A DNA stretch of 62,100 bases, filler included, from Globobulimina sp. (lineage: Eukaryota), in NCBI GenBank assembly GCA_003354225.1. It is 26 parts of 26 records of this genome, joined end to end, with 100 filler letters (N's around TTAATTAATTAA, not from the genome) between each part and the next. Parts side by side here need not be neighbours in the genome. Positions count along the whole stretch, not along the records: positions 45,464 to 47,754 come from PIVH01007609.1; positions 47,855 to 50,145 come from PIVH01007610.1; positions 50,246 to 52,536 come from PIVH01007611.1; positions 52,637 to 54,927 come from PIVH01007612.1; positions 55,028 to 57,318 come from PIVH01007613.1; positions 57,419 to 59,709 come from PIVH01007614.1; positions 59,810 to 62,100 come from PIVH01007615.1; 19 more parts are not named here. One strand, 5' to 3'. Below the pieces are notes generated by a model that searched no databases, had not been told where the DNA came from, and saw nothing but the letters and a program-made list of their open reading frames with translations. Shown here one piece after another: positions 47,618 through 59,810 of the stretch. How positions within the stretch are numbered: the first letter of the stretch is position 1; every line of letters begins with the position of its first letter. The position numbers and the translations under genes are program-made.

Positions 47618-47741
47618 CAAAGGAATAGCATGATCATACACCAATGTATGATCAAAAGAATAGCATGATCATACATTGATGTATGATCAAAGCAATAGCA
47701 TGATCATACATTAATGTATGATCAAAGAAATAGCATGATCA
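47618..47741. repeat. 35-bp tandem repeat of hairpin-forming units, ~3.5 copies
   Basis: aatagca-TGATCATACA-nnna-TGTATGATCA-aa.., with starts at 47624, 47659, 47694 and 47729. Confidence 0.9.
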
Positions 47742-47854
47742 CCTTTAGGGGGGGNNNNNNNNNNNNNNNNNNNNNNNNNNNNNNNNNNNNNNNNNNNNTT
47801 AATTAATTAANNNNNNNNNNNNNNNNNNNNNNNNNNNNNNNNNNNNNNNNNNNN

Positions 47855-48913
47855 TATTTTTTTAAGTTCCATTGATTATTGTTTTGTATTTTATATTTTT
47901 TCCCATATTGAAGAATCGAGTTTTTTCAAGCGAGGCGCCAAACATTTCTGTGCTATAAGGCTGAGTTTGAGCGTCTGAGTAGTTACAGTCTGCGAAGGCA
48001 TAGAAATAGAAATTATAAAATCAGTATGAATCCTGATTTTGAATAAACAGATTTTCAAATTTATTCTCAGATCCTAACCGTTGTTTGATCATAGTATCGA
48101 TATTATTTACTAGATCGCGCGATATATTCAACACATCGCAGATTCCGTATATAAATTCTATATCGTATTCAATTATTTCTTTTTCCTTTTCATTCCCATC
48201 ATCATCAACAACTGACTCTGCCTCCTCCTCTTCGTCCGGTTCATGATAAATAAAAGAGACCATGTCCACAATGGCGCATTTATAGAATATCACATAATGA
48301 TTGTTTTCAATTAAAATATTTAATAAACCCAATAAATTATCATTCATATCATCACTTACACACTGCAGAAAATTCAATTGTAATTGATTGAGACTTTTGG
48401 TAATATTCGAATCAATTTCAGACAAAAACGTTTCCAACTGATCGATTTCAATGCATTGCAACAATGTGGCACCGTCAATCTCCAATTCATCACAAATATA
48501 TCCAATGGGAACCATTTGCGTTTCATAAAATTCCAAGACGGGCTCGAAATTCTCATATTTGAGTGGTGTATGTTAATATGTACAGTGTATACTATGTAGC
48601 GTACCTGCGATAAGCCTGCGGTTTCCACGTGTTTTAACTGACTGAATTTATTTTTCATTTCTTCCAATTGTTGCTCTAAATTTGCGTTACGAGTGGATAA
48701 TATAATAACTTCCTGCTGCATGGCATCAAATTGCATAGTATTAAAATGACCACCGACCTCATCATTTTCAGTGGATTCAGTCTCCTCTTCAATTGGCATA
48801 TCATCCATAGTATCATCATAAGTATCAGACTTATGGTGCGTTAATGGTATATTCTCATCACCACCACCCACAAAATTTGGTTCTTTGTCTGATACCACAC
48901 ATAACGAGCCCAT
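47855..48913 (-). CDS. Uncharacterised acidic protein, spliced; MG-S-L-C N-terminus (possible acylation)
   Basis: ORFs 48913-48374 and 48536-48021 can be joined by a GTACGC...CGAG intron. Confidence 0.55.
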
Positions 48914-49052
48914 TACATGAAAAGTTTTCAGAGAAAGTTACAATTAAAACCCCACTTAAAAATCTCAATCTTCATCAAACATCACTGACAATCCCGCGAA
49001 CATTACATATATATCAACCCCTACATCTTAAAAAAGGAAACCTATACAAACA

Positions 49053-50140
49053 ATGGGTAAAAAAAAGACTCCATTGACGCCCATCGAGAATTTCGCATTA
49101 TCGGGAGCCGCCGCCGTGATCTCGAAAACCGTGGCCGCCCCCATCGAACGCGTCAAATTAATGATCCAAAATCAGGATGAAATGCTCAAAACCGGTGCGT
49201 TAAAAGAGCCCTATAAAGGTCCGATTGATTGCTTTCGTCGTGTCATTACCGAAGAGGGTGTCTTGCCTTTATGGAGAGGCAACGCTGCCAATTGTTTGCG
49301 ATATTTCCCAACGCAGGCTCTCAATTTCATGTTCAAAGAGAGGTAAAATGCATATCTCCAATTCTCCATCTCTCCATATTCGCGAAAATGCGAATTCAAA
49401 CACGCATTATATACAGAATAAAACAAGTATTTAAAAAGAAACAAGACGACAACTTTGCGGCGAAATTAGGCAAAAATGTAGCAGCTGGCGGCAGCGCCGG
49501 TGCCTTGTCCTTATTATTTGTATATTCATTGGATTATGCTCGAACCCGTTTAGCCAATGACGTGAAATCGATGAAGAAAGGCGCTGTCGGAGAGCGGCAA
49601 TACAGCGGATTGGTGGATGTGTATAAGCAGACCATCAAAAGTGATGGCATGGCGGGCTTATACCGAGGTTTTGTCATTTCTTGCGTTGGTATTGTGGTTT
49701 ATAGAGGTTTTTATTTTGGTTTATTCGATACCATTCGGCCAATGTTACCTGAAAAGTCCCCTTTTATCGTAACTTTTGGTGTTGGCTATGCTGTGACTGG
49801 TATGTGTATAATGTGTATATATATGAAATGTGTATATTTTTCCCGAAATTTCCCATGCATTGGCACGCAAAATCGCATATGTTACACAGTGACGGCCGGT
49901 TTGATATCTTATCCGATTGATACGATCCGAAGACGTATGATGATGACATCGGGCCAAGCCGTGAAATATTCGGGTTCCTTGGATTGCGCTCGACAGATTT
50001 TGGTGAATGAAGGCTTTATGTCCATGATGAAAGGAGCCGGTGCCAATATATTAAGAGGTATGGCCGGAGCCGGTACACTCGCTGGTTTTGATGTGTTCAC
50101 CGATGCGTATACGAAATGGAAGTATCCGGAGAGGGATTAA
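49053..50140 (+). CDS. AAC: Mitochondrial ADP/ATP carrier (adenine nucleotide translocator), 3 exons
   Basis: [38 protein letters not shown] and the RRRMMM signature. Introns 49343-49416 and 49800-49889. Confidence 0.98.
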
Positions 50141-50739
50141 TATATNNNNNNNNNNNNNNNNNNNNNNNNNNNNNNNNNNNNNNNNNNNNTTAATTAATTA
50201 ANNNNNNNNNNNNNNNNNNNNNNNNNNNNNNNNNNNNNNNNNNNNGACCTAGTATTGGATGACCTAGGTCAACTTCGAATACTAGGTTGAAAACCACTCT
50301 AGCTAACCAAAAACTTTGCTAATCGTTGAAATGAAATGAAACGAAACTAAGCCAAAAAAGTTAAATACGTAGTTTTATTTTAAACTCAGATCAAAGTAGT
50401 TTCTGAAACATAACCTATAAGGGAGTAAATTACGTAATTAAAATATGACCTAGTAATTTACAACACTCCCTAAGCAGTTTAACAATTTGAACAAGTAGTA
50501 ATCGTCCATGGTCTCTTTATACATTAATAATTTTTATACAAATAATACAACGCAAAACGTCTCTTTATAATTTAAAAAAACTACAATGTATGAAAACAGT
50601 CATAATTTTCTTTGATTGAGACCAGATAAATCATCTAAATTCATGAATATCCCATGTCCACTATGTAGAATACATACATTTATAATATGTTATTATGGGG
50701 ACTAAATATAGAAAAACAAAATTAAAAATTAAACTAACA

Positions 50740-52293
50740 TCAATCAGACATTTCATTCTCATTATCACTGTCAGTCTCAGTCTCAGTGTCAGTAACTTTC
50801 AATGAAATGCTTAACTTATTAATTGATCCATGGATGCCGTGAAAATTTGTCGTACTTTTTCTTGAATTTCTATGATTCACACAACATGCGCACAAATGCA
50901 TATTCCTATTGATAAGAAATGAAAAAAAATAAATTCCGAATATAGAACATAATGTTGGTGCGATTATCATGGATAAAAATAATATCCAAATAGATTCCAT
51001 CGCGCCTTTAAGGCCTAAAAAAGTGCCAGCAATCACCAATAAACTCACATTTACCATTAACATGAATACCACACCAACTTTAAATGCCTCCTTCTTATCA
51101 AATACTAAATTCGTATAACTTACATTCAAATTATTTGATTGTTCATCCAACATTGGGTTCAGTGCATCCACTGCATCGCTATAATGATGTCCCGACGCAA
51201 TGATATCACGCTCTTTCTCCAATCGTTGGTTATATTTTGGTGCAAAACAGGGCAACTTGAGTCTGCTGATGCGACTATATACAAATTCATAAATATTAAT
51301 TCACAAAATGAGTGCAAGGATTATTAATAAAGCGGAGAAATGTAATGTAATTTCTTATTCTATTAATTATAACCTGAACATGAGAAACATGAATGCATTC
51401 ATAATAATTGGCACAATGGCAATATACAGCCATGCATCCAATGTAGAATTGTCTGTGGCCATTAAGCGCGACCATCGCCCAAAAACAGCCGCTTGCGCCA
51501 TAGCAAAACATGACCAAATTGACTTTTCAAATGTTTTGACAATGACCCATTGCGTGGTTTGCCATAACGAGGAAACGGGTGCGATGGCAGTCGAGACTAA
51601 GAATATTAAGACTAAAAATCCCATGGATATATTTACAAACCATTGGGTGCCATATAACTGCCATCCAAAAAATCCAGAAATGGCACTCACAGACACTGCG
51701 GCGATCAGAACAAATGCGATTTTGACATAGTTGCAACGGGCCTGCCGATCGTGACAGGATCTACAATGTAAACAGTCATCGACGGGATATCTATTTGCAT
51801 CGTAAATGCCTGGTTTAGATATCCATTGCCATCGTTGTCTGCAATGTTCATCCATAATAGGCACATTTTGAGGTTGTAATTTGTTATTAAGATCTGCATT
51901 GATGGACTCATTTGGCGTGTCATTGCGACTGCAATTCGACATTTTCAGTGCATACTGAATCACGCCATATTGCAATAATTGTACAAAGGGTACGCCGCAT
52001 GCCTCATAAAAAAAGGCCAATGCATAGATAGCGCATTGATCCGCATCGTGTGATAGTCGGTCAATTCCGATACTTACTGTGATATTAAATATATGTGACA
52101 CTAATGCACCTGCACAGATTTTGTACGAATCAAACCAAAATGTGCGAAATGAGCGACATGTATGTCCAGACACACATAAGTATTTAATATATTCTACCAT
52201 GTATTCAGTTAACAAGACAAAGCCTACCAAGACTGCTAATGAAATTTGAACAATAACTCCTACATCTCCTGCTATGTTGCAATCTTCACCCAT
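50740..52293 (-). CDS. STIMATE/TMEM110 (yeast YPL162C)-like membrane protein, 2 exons
   Basis: RSFRTFWFDSYK..AGA.VSH.FNI, DQCAIY and IVPIIMNAFMF. An intron near 51279-51372 joins the two ORFs. Confidence 0.65.
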
Positions 52294-52388
52294 TATTGAT
52301 TCGATTTATGTTGACTGAAACGTTGCCATGATCAGGATTGTGAGGTTTATAAGTAAAAGGTTTTATGAATGAATTCTGAGTAACAGTT

Positions 52389-52536
52389 ATGAGTGGCAAA
52401 AATGCTGGAATTCTGGTAGTTAAAGCTGCAACCATAATCGCAACCATAATCGCGTCCATCGCGACATTAAAGCTGCAAATATATTATTATCGGATAAAGG
52501 AATATGCCAAATATCGGACTTTGGTGGCAGCGGTGC
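52389..52536 (+). CDS. Possible 5' end of a membrane-protein gene, divergent from the STIMATE-like gene
   Basis: ATG followed by a hydrophobic helix, open at the contig end. Confidence 0.35.
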
Positions 52537-52636
52537 NNNNNNNNNNNNNNNNNNNNNNNNNNNNNNNNNNNNNNNNNNNNTTAATTAATTAANNNNNNNN
52601 NNNNNNNNNNNNNNNNNNNNNNNNNNNNNNNNNNNN

Positions 52637-54309
52637 GCATACTTATTTTCTTTTCATGCTGGTGTTTATTGGCACTGCCCATTCATTATTTTAGCTGCGC
52701 AGTGGAACGAAATAGTATCCCGGCATTGGATGCTGTGCTTAATAAAAGTGTAATATTTGCGATTGAAATAAATGTGCATTGCATGGCAGAATCAAATTGT
52801 GTCAATATCAAGAAAGAGGCATCACATCACATACAATTACATTTTGATAATGAGCAAAGGATAAATGAGCAATTTAAACTGAATATTATAAATGAATACC
52901 AATACAATAAAGTGAATCTATTAGAAAAGTGTGGCTCTGCATACACTGATATATCATATTTATATTGTTTGCAATCAATAAGTCCGCAAACACGAAGAGG
53001 AATAGGTTCATATGATATATATTTGATAAATATGCATTCGAATGAAGGGATGGGAGGAAACAAATGCATTGTCAGTCCGTCCCGAAGTGCATGGATTGAT
53101 ATTGATAATATGTGGCAATTAAGTGCCTTGATGGAAAAAATGGTTTATGCGCCGATAGAATCGTCACAAATAAATATTGGCATAAAAGATCAAATATTTT
53201 CATTTTCATTATTAAACAGCGAGCCTGCAATGGGACATGCTTTCAAATGGAATATGACTGAGATATATGACCATTATTTGTCACCTTTTTTCAACCGACT
53301 TAGTAATATCTTAATATATGATTTTTATGTCGATTCGCAAATATTGTATTATGGATATATAATATCTCCGGCAGTCACCGACGACATTCATGTGGATCGA
53401 GCTGATTTTAAATCTGTTTTAGCAAATTATATCAAAAAAGATGAAGAGAATAATTATTTTTATGTCACAAACAAGGAATTACAGACTTTTGTGGGTGGAA
53501 CAGATTGGAATCACGTTTCGAGTCTGATCAGTGACATAGCTCCGATTCAATTCGTTATTTACATTCCACCAAAGAAGTATTCACCGCTTCACATCAAATC
53601 AAATATAAATGGAAGCATCAAATTAAATGAATACAACGCATTTTTGGTGCCACGCTTTGGTGGATGCATTATATATAATCCATATCCATCACATTCAAAC
53701 AGTACTCATTCATACATAGAGACAGATGCTTTATATCCGACATTTAATTTGGTGACCTCGCAGTTGCGCTCATTGTTTGGTTTACGGAATGATTATTATC
53801 ATAAGAATGAGAATGAGAGTGATATGGATATGTTATTTCTGATGGATGGCAGTGGTGTAAATGAGTGGGAATTGGATCTCTTAATTCGTGGCCATATAAT
53901 CAATGATTTGCAAACTGTTGAGATAGCACTAAAAAACATCTATGCGATTATTGCCAAAGTGTCTCAATTACCAATCAAAGAGAATGTGGCCTTATTAATC
54001 AGTGATGCTGTTTACGCCTTTGATGAAGCACTAAAAAGTTGCAACAAACATAAAAATAAACGGAATGATGCAGATTATAAGAAATGCATTCAATGGACGC
54101 GACACTCAAATTATTTGGCACAGAAAGCGGAATATCATCCATCAATGTTGCCCGCACTCTATTTTTCGCCGGAATTTACTTACGCCGTCTATTCGCCCTA
54201 TTTCTTGCCTGGTTATATCCCGATTGTTGCCGCTCTGTTTAAGAAAATAAAAGCAAAATGCAAACAATACACACGTAAAAAGAAAAAGGATACATCGAAC
54301 AAGCAATAA
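52637..54309 (+). CDS. PIGS: GPI transamidase subunit PIG-S/Gpi17, 5'-partial
   Basis: VDSQILYY, AFLVPRFGG.IIYN, QLRSLFG, WELDLL and HPSML..LYF..E..YAVYSPYFLP. Confidence 0.88.
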
Positions 54310-54340
54310 TAATTAAATAATAGAAGAATAGAAACGCTTT

Positions 54341-54927
54341 TTAAACATTTAAATTCTCCAAATAATGTAAACTATCATTAAATACAAACCATACATCGTG
54401 TATTCCTGTAGTTTGTGTTTGCAGTCTGTTCCTATCAATTGGACCAAGCTTCCATTCTCTTTTTGATTGTTGATACTCAGTTTGTTTCTTTGTCATGCTT
54501 TTGAATGAATTGCGAATCAATTCTTTGCTGTCACTTAGCAAGAATGAGGATAAACCATTGACATAAAATTCATTATTTCCAATGAGTTTCTCATATTCAA
54601 CAATTGCCCATTTCCATTGATTAAAACTGTTAAAATATAATATTTGTGATTGGATCTGGCTCAGCATTGACGGCAATAACTTTGATTTCAGCAAACAATT
54701 TCCATATTCTGCATGCTGAAGAAACGCAAGCGATCCAATATCTTTCCAATAATTAACTTCAAATCTAAATTAAACAATTAACTTCAAGTTGCATTAAATA
54801 TGGAATGTGCGGTATTGCATTGTCGTGATTATCGAAAAACGGATAACTGGCTGTGATCGGCAATAAATATATTGCATCACCATTTTGGTGGCTCTTTGAA
54901 TTTGAAATAAATTTAAATTCATTTTCC
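54341..54927 (-). CDS. 3' end of an unknown gene
   Basis: 117-aa ORF convergent with PIG-S, plus probable upstream exon(s). Confidence 0.35.
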
Positions 54928-55027
54928 NNNNNNNNNNNNNNNNNNNNNNNNNNNNNNNNNNNNNNNNNNNNTTAATTAATTAANNNNNNNNNNNNNNNNN
55001 NNNNNNNNNNNNNNNNNNNNNNNNNNN

Positions 55028-56187
55028 TGTTCACTTTTCATGGCAATGAGGTCTTTGTGCCTGGTACGACTGAAGTTAGTATTGACATTGATGATGATTT
55101 GGGCGATGCCTCCAATGTGCCCATTTATTGTACGATAGAGACCCAGGGACCGACAAAGGCGCCGACTACGTTGCCCCCCACGCCTTTCCCCACCACACAG
55201 CAACCGATTGTGAGGTTGAATTTAGATGATATTGGCACGTGGGGCATTGACAAAGACTGTGTGTTTGATGACGACTTAACACGGCGGAGACTGCAGTCAC
55301 TTGACTATGAATGTATAGGTTGTCCTATTTGCACCGTGACAGAGAACAGTGATGAAAGATTTATTCGCATTGAACGGTATCCGGTGGACTTTGCCTTTGA
55401 TATTCATGTCGTGCTTGAAATTGAATATTTAGTTGATTCGAATGGCGGTGTCATGGAGGAAGATGATTTTGATTTTGGTCACGGCAGAACTCATAGTAAA
55501 TGGAAGAAGTTATTCCGTGGGGAAACCGTGGATAAATATATTGTGGGTGGTTTGGAGGATTATACCTTGGATATCTCGTATTATTTGACACAGGAAGTGG
55601 TTGATCCGGAGGCGGATCCTGAGCCAATTGAATATTTTGTGGTGCGTATTGTGGGCTGTTCTGTGGATGAAAGTGGGGGAGCGACTGTTGCGATCCCTGA
55701 GGAGTTGCGTGGAGACAATATGCCGTATCTATGCAGTCCGGGTATATATCAGCGAGTTATTATTGCAGTGGTGCAGTTGGACGGAGATGACACATTTGTG
55801 ACGAGTAAGACTGGTGATATGCCGATGTGGGTATGGTATCCGATTGGATTTGCTGCGCTCGCCATACCATTCGTGGCCTATTTGATTTGGAGGTTTTATA
55901 ATGCGAAGAAAAGAGCGGATGTTATGGAGCAACAAAGGAAGTTCGAATTGGGTGAGGCGGAGAAGCAGGACGATGTGGGCGAGTTTGGTATTATTGGCGA
56001 TCATATCGAAGCGAATCCGATAGCGACGGGTGCTGCGTTTGAGGTGGATAAAGGCGATGCGATTATTAATCATCAATTGCAAATCGAAAAAATGAATTTT
56101 GAAACTGCGCAGGTTGAGGTGGAACATAATATATTTAAACAAGAATTTGGTCCTGTTCAAGTGGAGAAAAATGATATGGATCAATAA
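55028..56187 (+). CDS. Type I membrane protein, 5'-partial
   Basis: PT stretch, an RRRLQ basic site, TM MWVWYPIGFAALAIPFVAYLIW and a cytoplasmic NP motif. Confidence 0.75.
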
Positions 56188-56738
56188 AATAAATAAATAA
56201 ATCAAATTATTATAAATTATATTGTGCTTTTTCAGTTTTGAGTTTGAATGTATTTTTGTGGATTAATTATTTTATATATATATTGACACACCATTCTTTT
56301 GTCCATTTTTGAATATATAAAATAATTGTGAATATTAGCTGTCACTACAAAATTAAATGCAAATTTTTTTGATTGATCTATATCTTTTTTTTTGTTTTTT
56401 TTAATTAAAATCGCTTATTTCTAACAGGTTTTTCGTTGTGTTAGTGATAACCACGCGTGTTTGTTTAATATTTTTTGTCTGGTTGTTTGCAGAAATACTA
56501 ATTAATAGTAATTAGTGTTTTTGTTGTTTTGAAACAAATATTGTTATTTATTATATTACGTTATATTAAGTACTAAACGACAGTTTCCCCATTATTTGAA
56601 CAGAATTGCCGAACGAATTTTAATTTTTTTCCCCTCAATACAACATTTTTCTAGTTTGTAAGGTTTGTGAGCTCGCAGTGCAGTGAGTGCAGAAAAAAAT
56701 AATACGCACTTATTTATTTACAGGAACAGAAGAACTCA

Positions 56739-57318
56739 TCAAAAGGAACGCAAAAAGAAGGTGCCATCATCAACACTGCACTCATTGAACATATACTGAC
56801 GAAATGTTGCATCAACCCTTGAATATCCATCACCTTCACGTAAATCAATCCATTCACAATCTACTATAACCTTTTTATCATCGCCTGTGGATTTTGCGGC
56901 AACAAATATACATTTCCCACCCACTGTTCATACAACCGGATATTCTTTATACTGTTTGCTTGTTTCCCACGGTAAATCCTCCAAATATAATAATCTCATC
57001 TGAATGTCCATTATAATATGATCCGGGACTTACTCTTTTCCGATTCATCTTTCTGTAGCTTCTACTTTGATTCTCTTCCAAATCATATATTTCAACAACA
57101 TCCAATGCCTTCCTTTGAAATTGATGTCCTCCAATTATGGCTAACTTTGAATCTGTAATCTTAGTGATTGACATAAAACCTTTCCCAGCACTCATACGGC
57201 CAATTTCAACCGTTGAGCATTGTCTGCGTCTCCGATAATCATTGACCTCGGGCTCAGGCTCGAGCCCATAATCATCATCATCTGCTAAACTGTTTGGACC
57301 ATTCTCATCATCGACAAA
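56739..57318 (-). pseudogene. Kelch-repeat protein 3' end, disrupted
   Basis: IIGG...VEIYD...MNRKR...IIIFGG. A frameshift follows 56950, and there is a TGA at 56928-56930 in YPVV*TVGG. Confidence 0.6.
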
Positions 57319-57928
57319 NNNNNNNNNNNNNNNNNNNNNNNNNNNNNNNNNNNNNNNNNNNNTTAATTAATTAANNNNNNNNNNNNNNNNNNNNNNNNNN
57401 NNNNNNNNNNNNNNNNNNCAATATTATATTAAAAATAATAAGTTATTTGTAAAAATAAGTAATATTATATTAAAAAAAAAAGTATCTGTGTTATTAGGAT
57501 ATTTTTTTTGTAATACTTTTTTGTTTGTTTTGGATGATTGTATATTTTTTTTTCTGTTGTGATGAAGCTCATTCCATAGCTTTCTAAGCTTAGTGTTTGG
57601 CTATGTATTTTATATTTTCATCTACATATAATATTTTCATGTATAGTTATCTCGGTTCACGTTTGTTGGAAACACAAGGGAAATATTCGGCACTAGTGCT
57701 AGTATACAGTGGTTGGATTCTGAATATATCCTTGAAGGCCTCCACCCGTTTGATTTAACTTGAAAGGTTTTCACAGAAGTCATCATTGAAGTCATCTTTC
57801 TAAACATGTTGTCTGCCACGGGAGCACGATACAGATAAACAACATGGATGTGGCCGTGGCGAACCCGACTATGAGAAGCAAATATGATTATGAGAAGCAA
57901 ACAAATATTTTGAATAATTTCATGATCG

Positions 57929-59709
57929 ATGCGCAGTGACAGTGTATCCTCCGATGATGCAGCTAAATGGAAAGAAAATTACAATAACATTCAAAAAATA
58001 TCACAACAACAAAGCCATGAAATATCAATGCTTAGAATTGAAACGCAGTCTTATCAGCGTCGCAATGAATCTTTGATAAAACAAACGAATGTTTTGAAAC
58101 AACAACTGCACAAAAATGAGATATGCCCTCCGATCATAGCAACACCGGCACCAACTATAACACATAAAAACGTTCTGATAACATCGCACAGAACAACACA
58201 AATCGAACAAAAGCAATCAAGAAAAATAGCAAATTTAGAATTTGAGCTTCAACAATTAAAAAATAGCAATTTTACGTTAAAAAATGAAATATCTGAACAG
58301 AGGGACAAAAATGTTGTCTCTCAATCAAAGATCCATGTATTACAGCACCAAAATGCAGAATTAGAAATTGAAAATGCAGAAAATAAAAATGAACAAAACA
58401 ATAATTGCAGCCATGTGCATGAACTGGAACATGAGAAAAAAATATTATTATATGATATTAAAAAGAAAATTCAAGTTTCAGTCAAGTCATTTGACTCAAT
58501 AAAATATCGAACAGTGTTAACCCAAGGAATTAAAGACAAAATTTCAGAAATTCTCAAAGATTCAGATGTTTTCTGTAATAATATTGAAAGCGGATTTTAT
58601 TTACCTTTATCTGAGGAAATAGAAACGGCCCAACATAAAATAGGCAAATTAAAGTGCAATGTAACTAAACTAAAATCACACAATAAAGAACTAAATGAAA
58701 CAAATAATAATATAATGACTGAGAATAATAGCCTTAAAAAACACGTCGAGACTTTGAGCAGTCAGATTGCAAAGTTACGCACTCGTCGAAAAACTGTAAA
58801 TAACAAACAACAGCAACAGTTCAATGAAAATAATCGCTTAAATCAACAAATTAAGCAATTAAATGAAAAAATACAAGAATGTGAGATTTCGATGGGAAAT
58901 CAGACCGAAACTAATCATTTAGCCACCAATGAATTAGATTTATTGAAAAAAGAGTTGCAGCAATTAACCATCAATTATAATGAAAAGACGAATGCATTGA
59001 AAAGCATCACTAAAATGTTTGATGGGAATGAAGATAATCAAGAATGGCTAAATACATTAATTCAAACTTGTCAACATATAAAAGAACATAATAATAAGTT
59101 AGAAGACGATTTAAATGAATTAAATAACGATAAAAAGGATTTGCAATTACAATTATATGAGTTAGAAGAGAATAATGCTGAAATTAAGCAAGAAACAGTT
59201 GAATCAAAGCAAGATTTGTTACAAAGTATACAGGAAATCAAAAATGATTATGACAAGTTACAGAATGAATATGATATTTTACGAAAGCAGTTTGAAACAA
59301 TAAATAACGAGAAACAAATGTGTATGCAGCAAACAATGGAATTAACAAACACATATAACAGCGATAACGATGTTAATCATATTATGCAGCAAACGGAAAA
59401 ACAATGGAATGCATTATGCGAATTAAGTAAAAATATTGGAATTGTTTCAAACAAATTTAATTTTTATGATTCTATAGATTTAATAAATGTTATACGGACT
59501 AAATATAATGAAATAAAGAAAGAAAATGAAGATTTAAAGGTAAATTTTAAAGAAAATAGTGTTTCATTGGAAATAAAATCCGAAATTAATTGGAAAACAG
59601 AAATTAAAAAACTTCGCGATAAGTTGCATTCGAAAAGTATATTAATTAAAGAGTTAGAAGCTCATTTATCTTCCGCACATCAAATGACACTGAAATGTGA
59701 GTCACTAAC
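57929..59709 (+). CDS. Long coiled-coil protein, 3'-partial
   Basis: About 590 aa of N/Q/E/K-rich heptads, open at the contig end. Confidence 0.8.
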
Positions 59710-59810
59710 NNNNNNNNNNNNNNNNNNNNNNNNNNNNNNNNNNNNNNNNNNNNTTAATTAATTAANNNNNNNNNNNNNNNNNNNNNNNNNNNNNNNNNNN
59801 NNNNNNNNNG

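Noticed and set aside
49229-50140. 303-aa ORF as the AAC protein
   Set aside because: It reads through intron sequence. The spliced model starting at 49053 restores the canonical carrier.
1464-56930. Alternative genetic code: TAA at a Gln position (amidase 1464), TAA in Pao gag (18285), TGA at a probable Trp position (Kelch 56928), TGA/TAA in PhyH
   Set aside because: The host cases come with frameshifts, and conserved genes here end normally in TAA (AAC, PIG-S, globin-RGS) while other intact ORFs end in TGA. Point mutation in pseudogenes explains these stops better.
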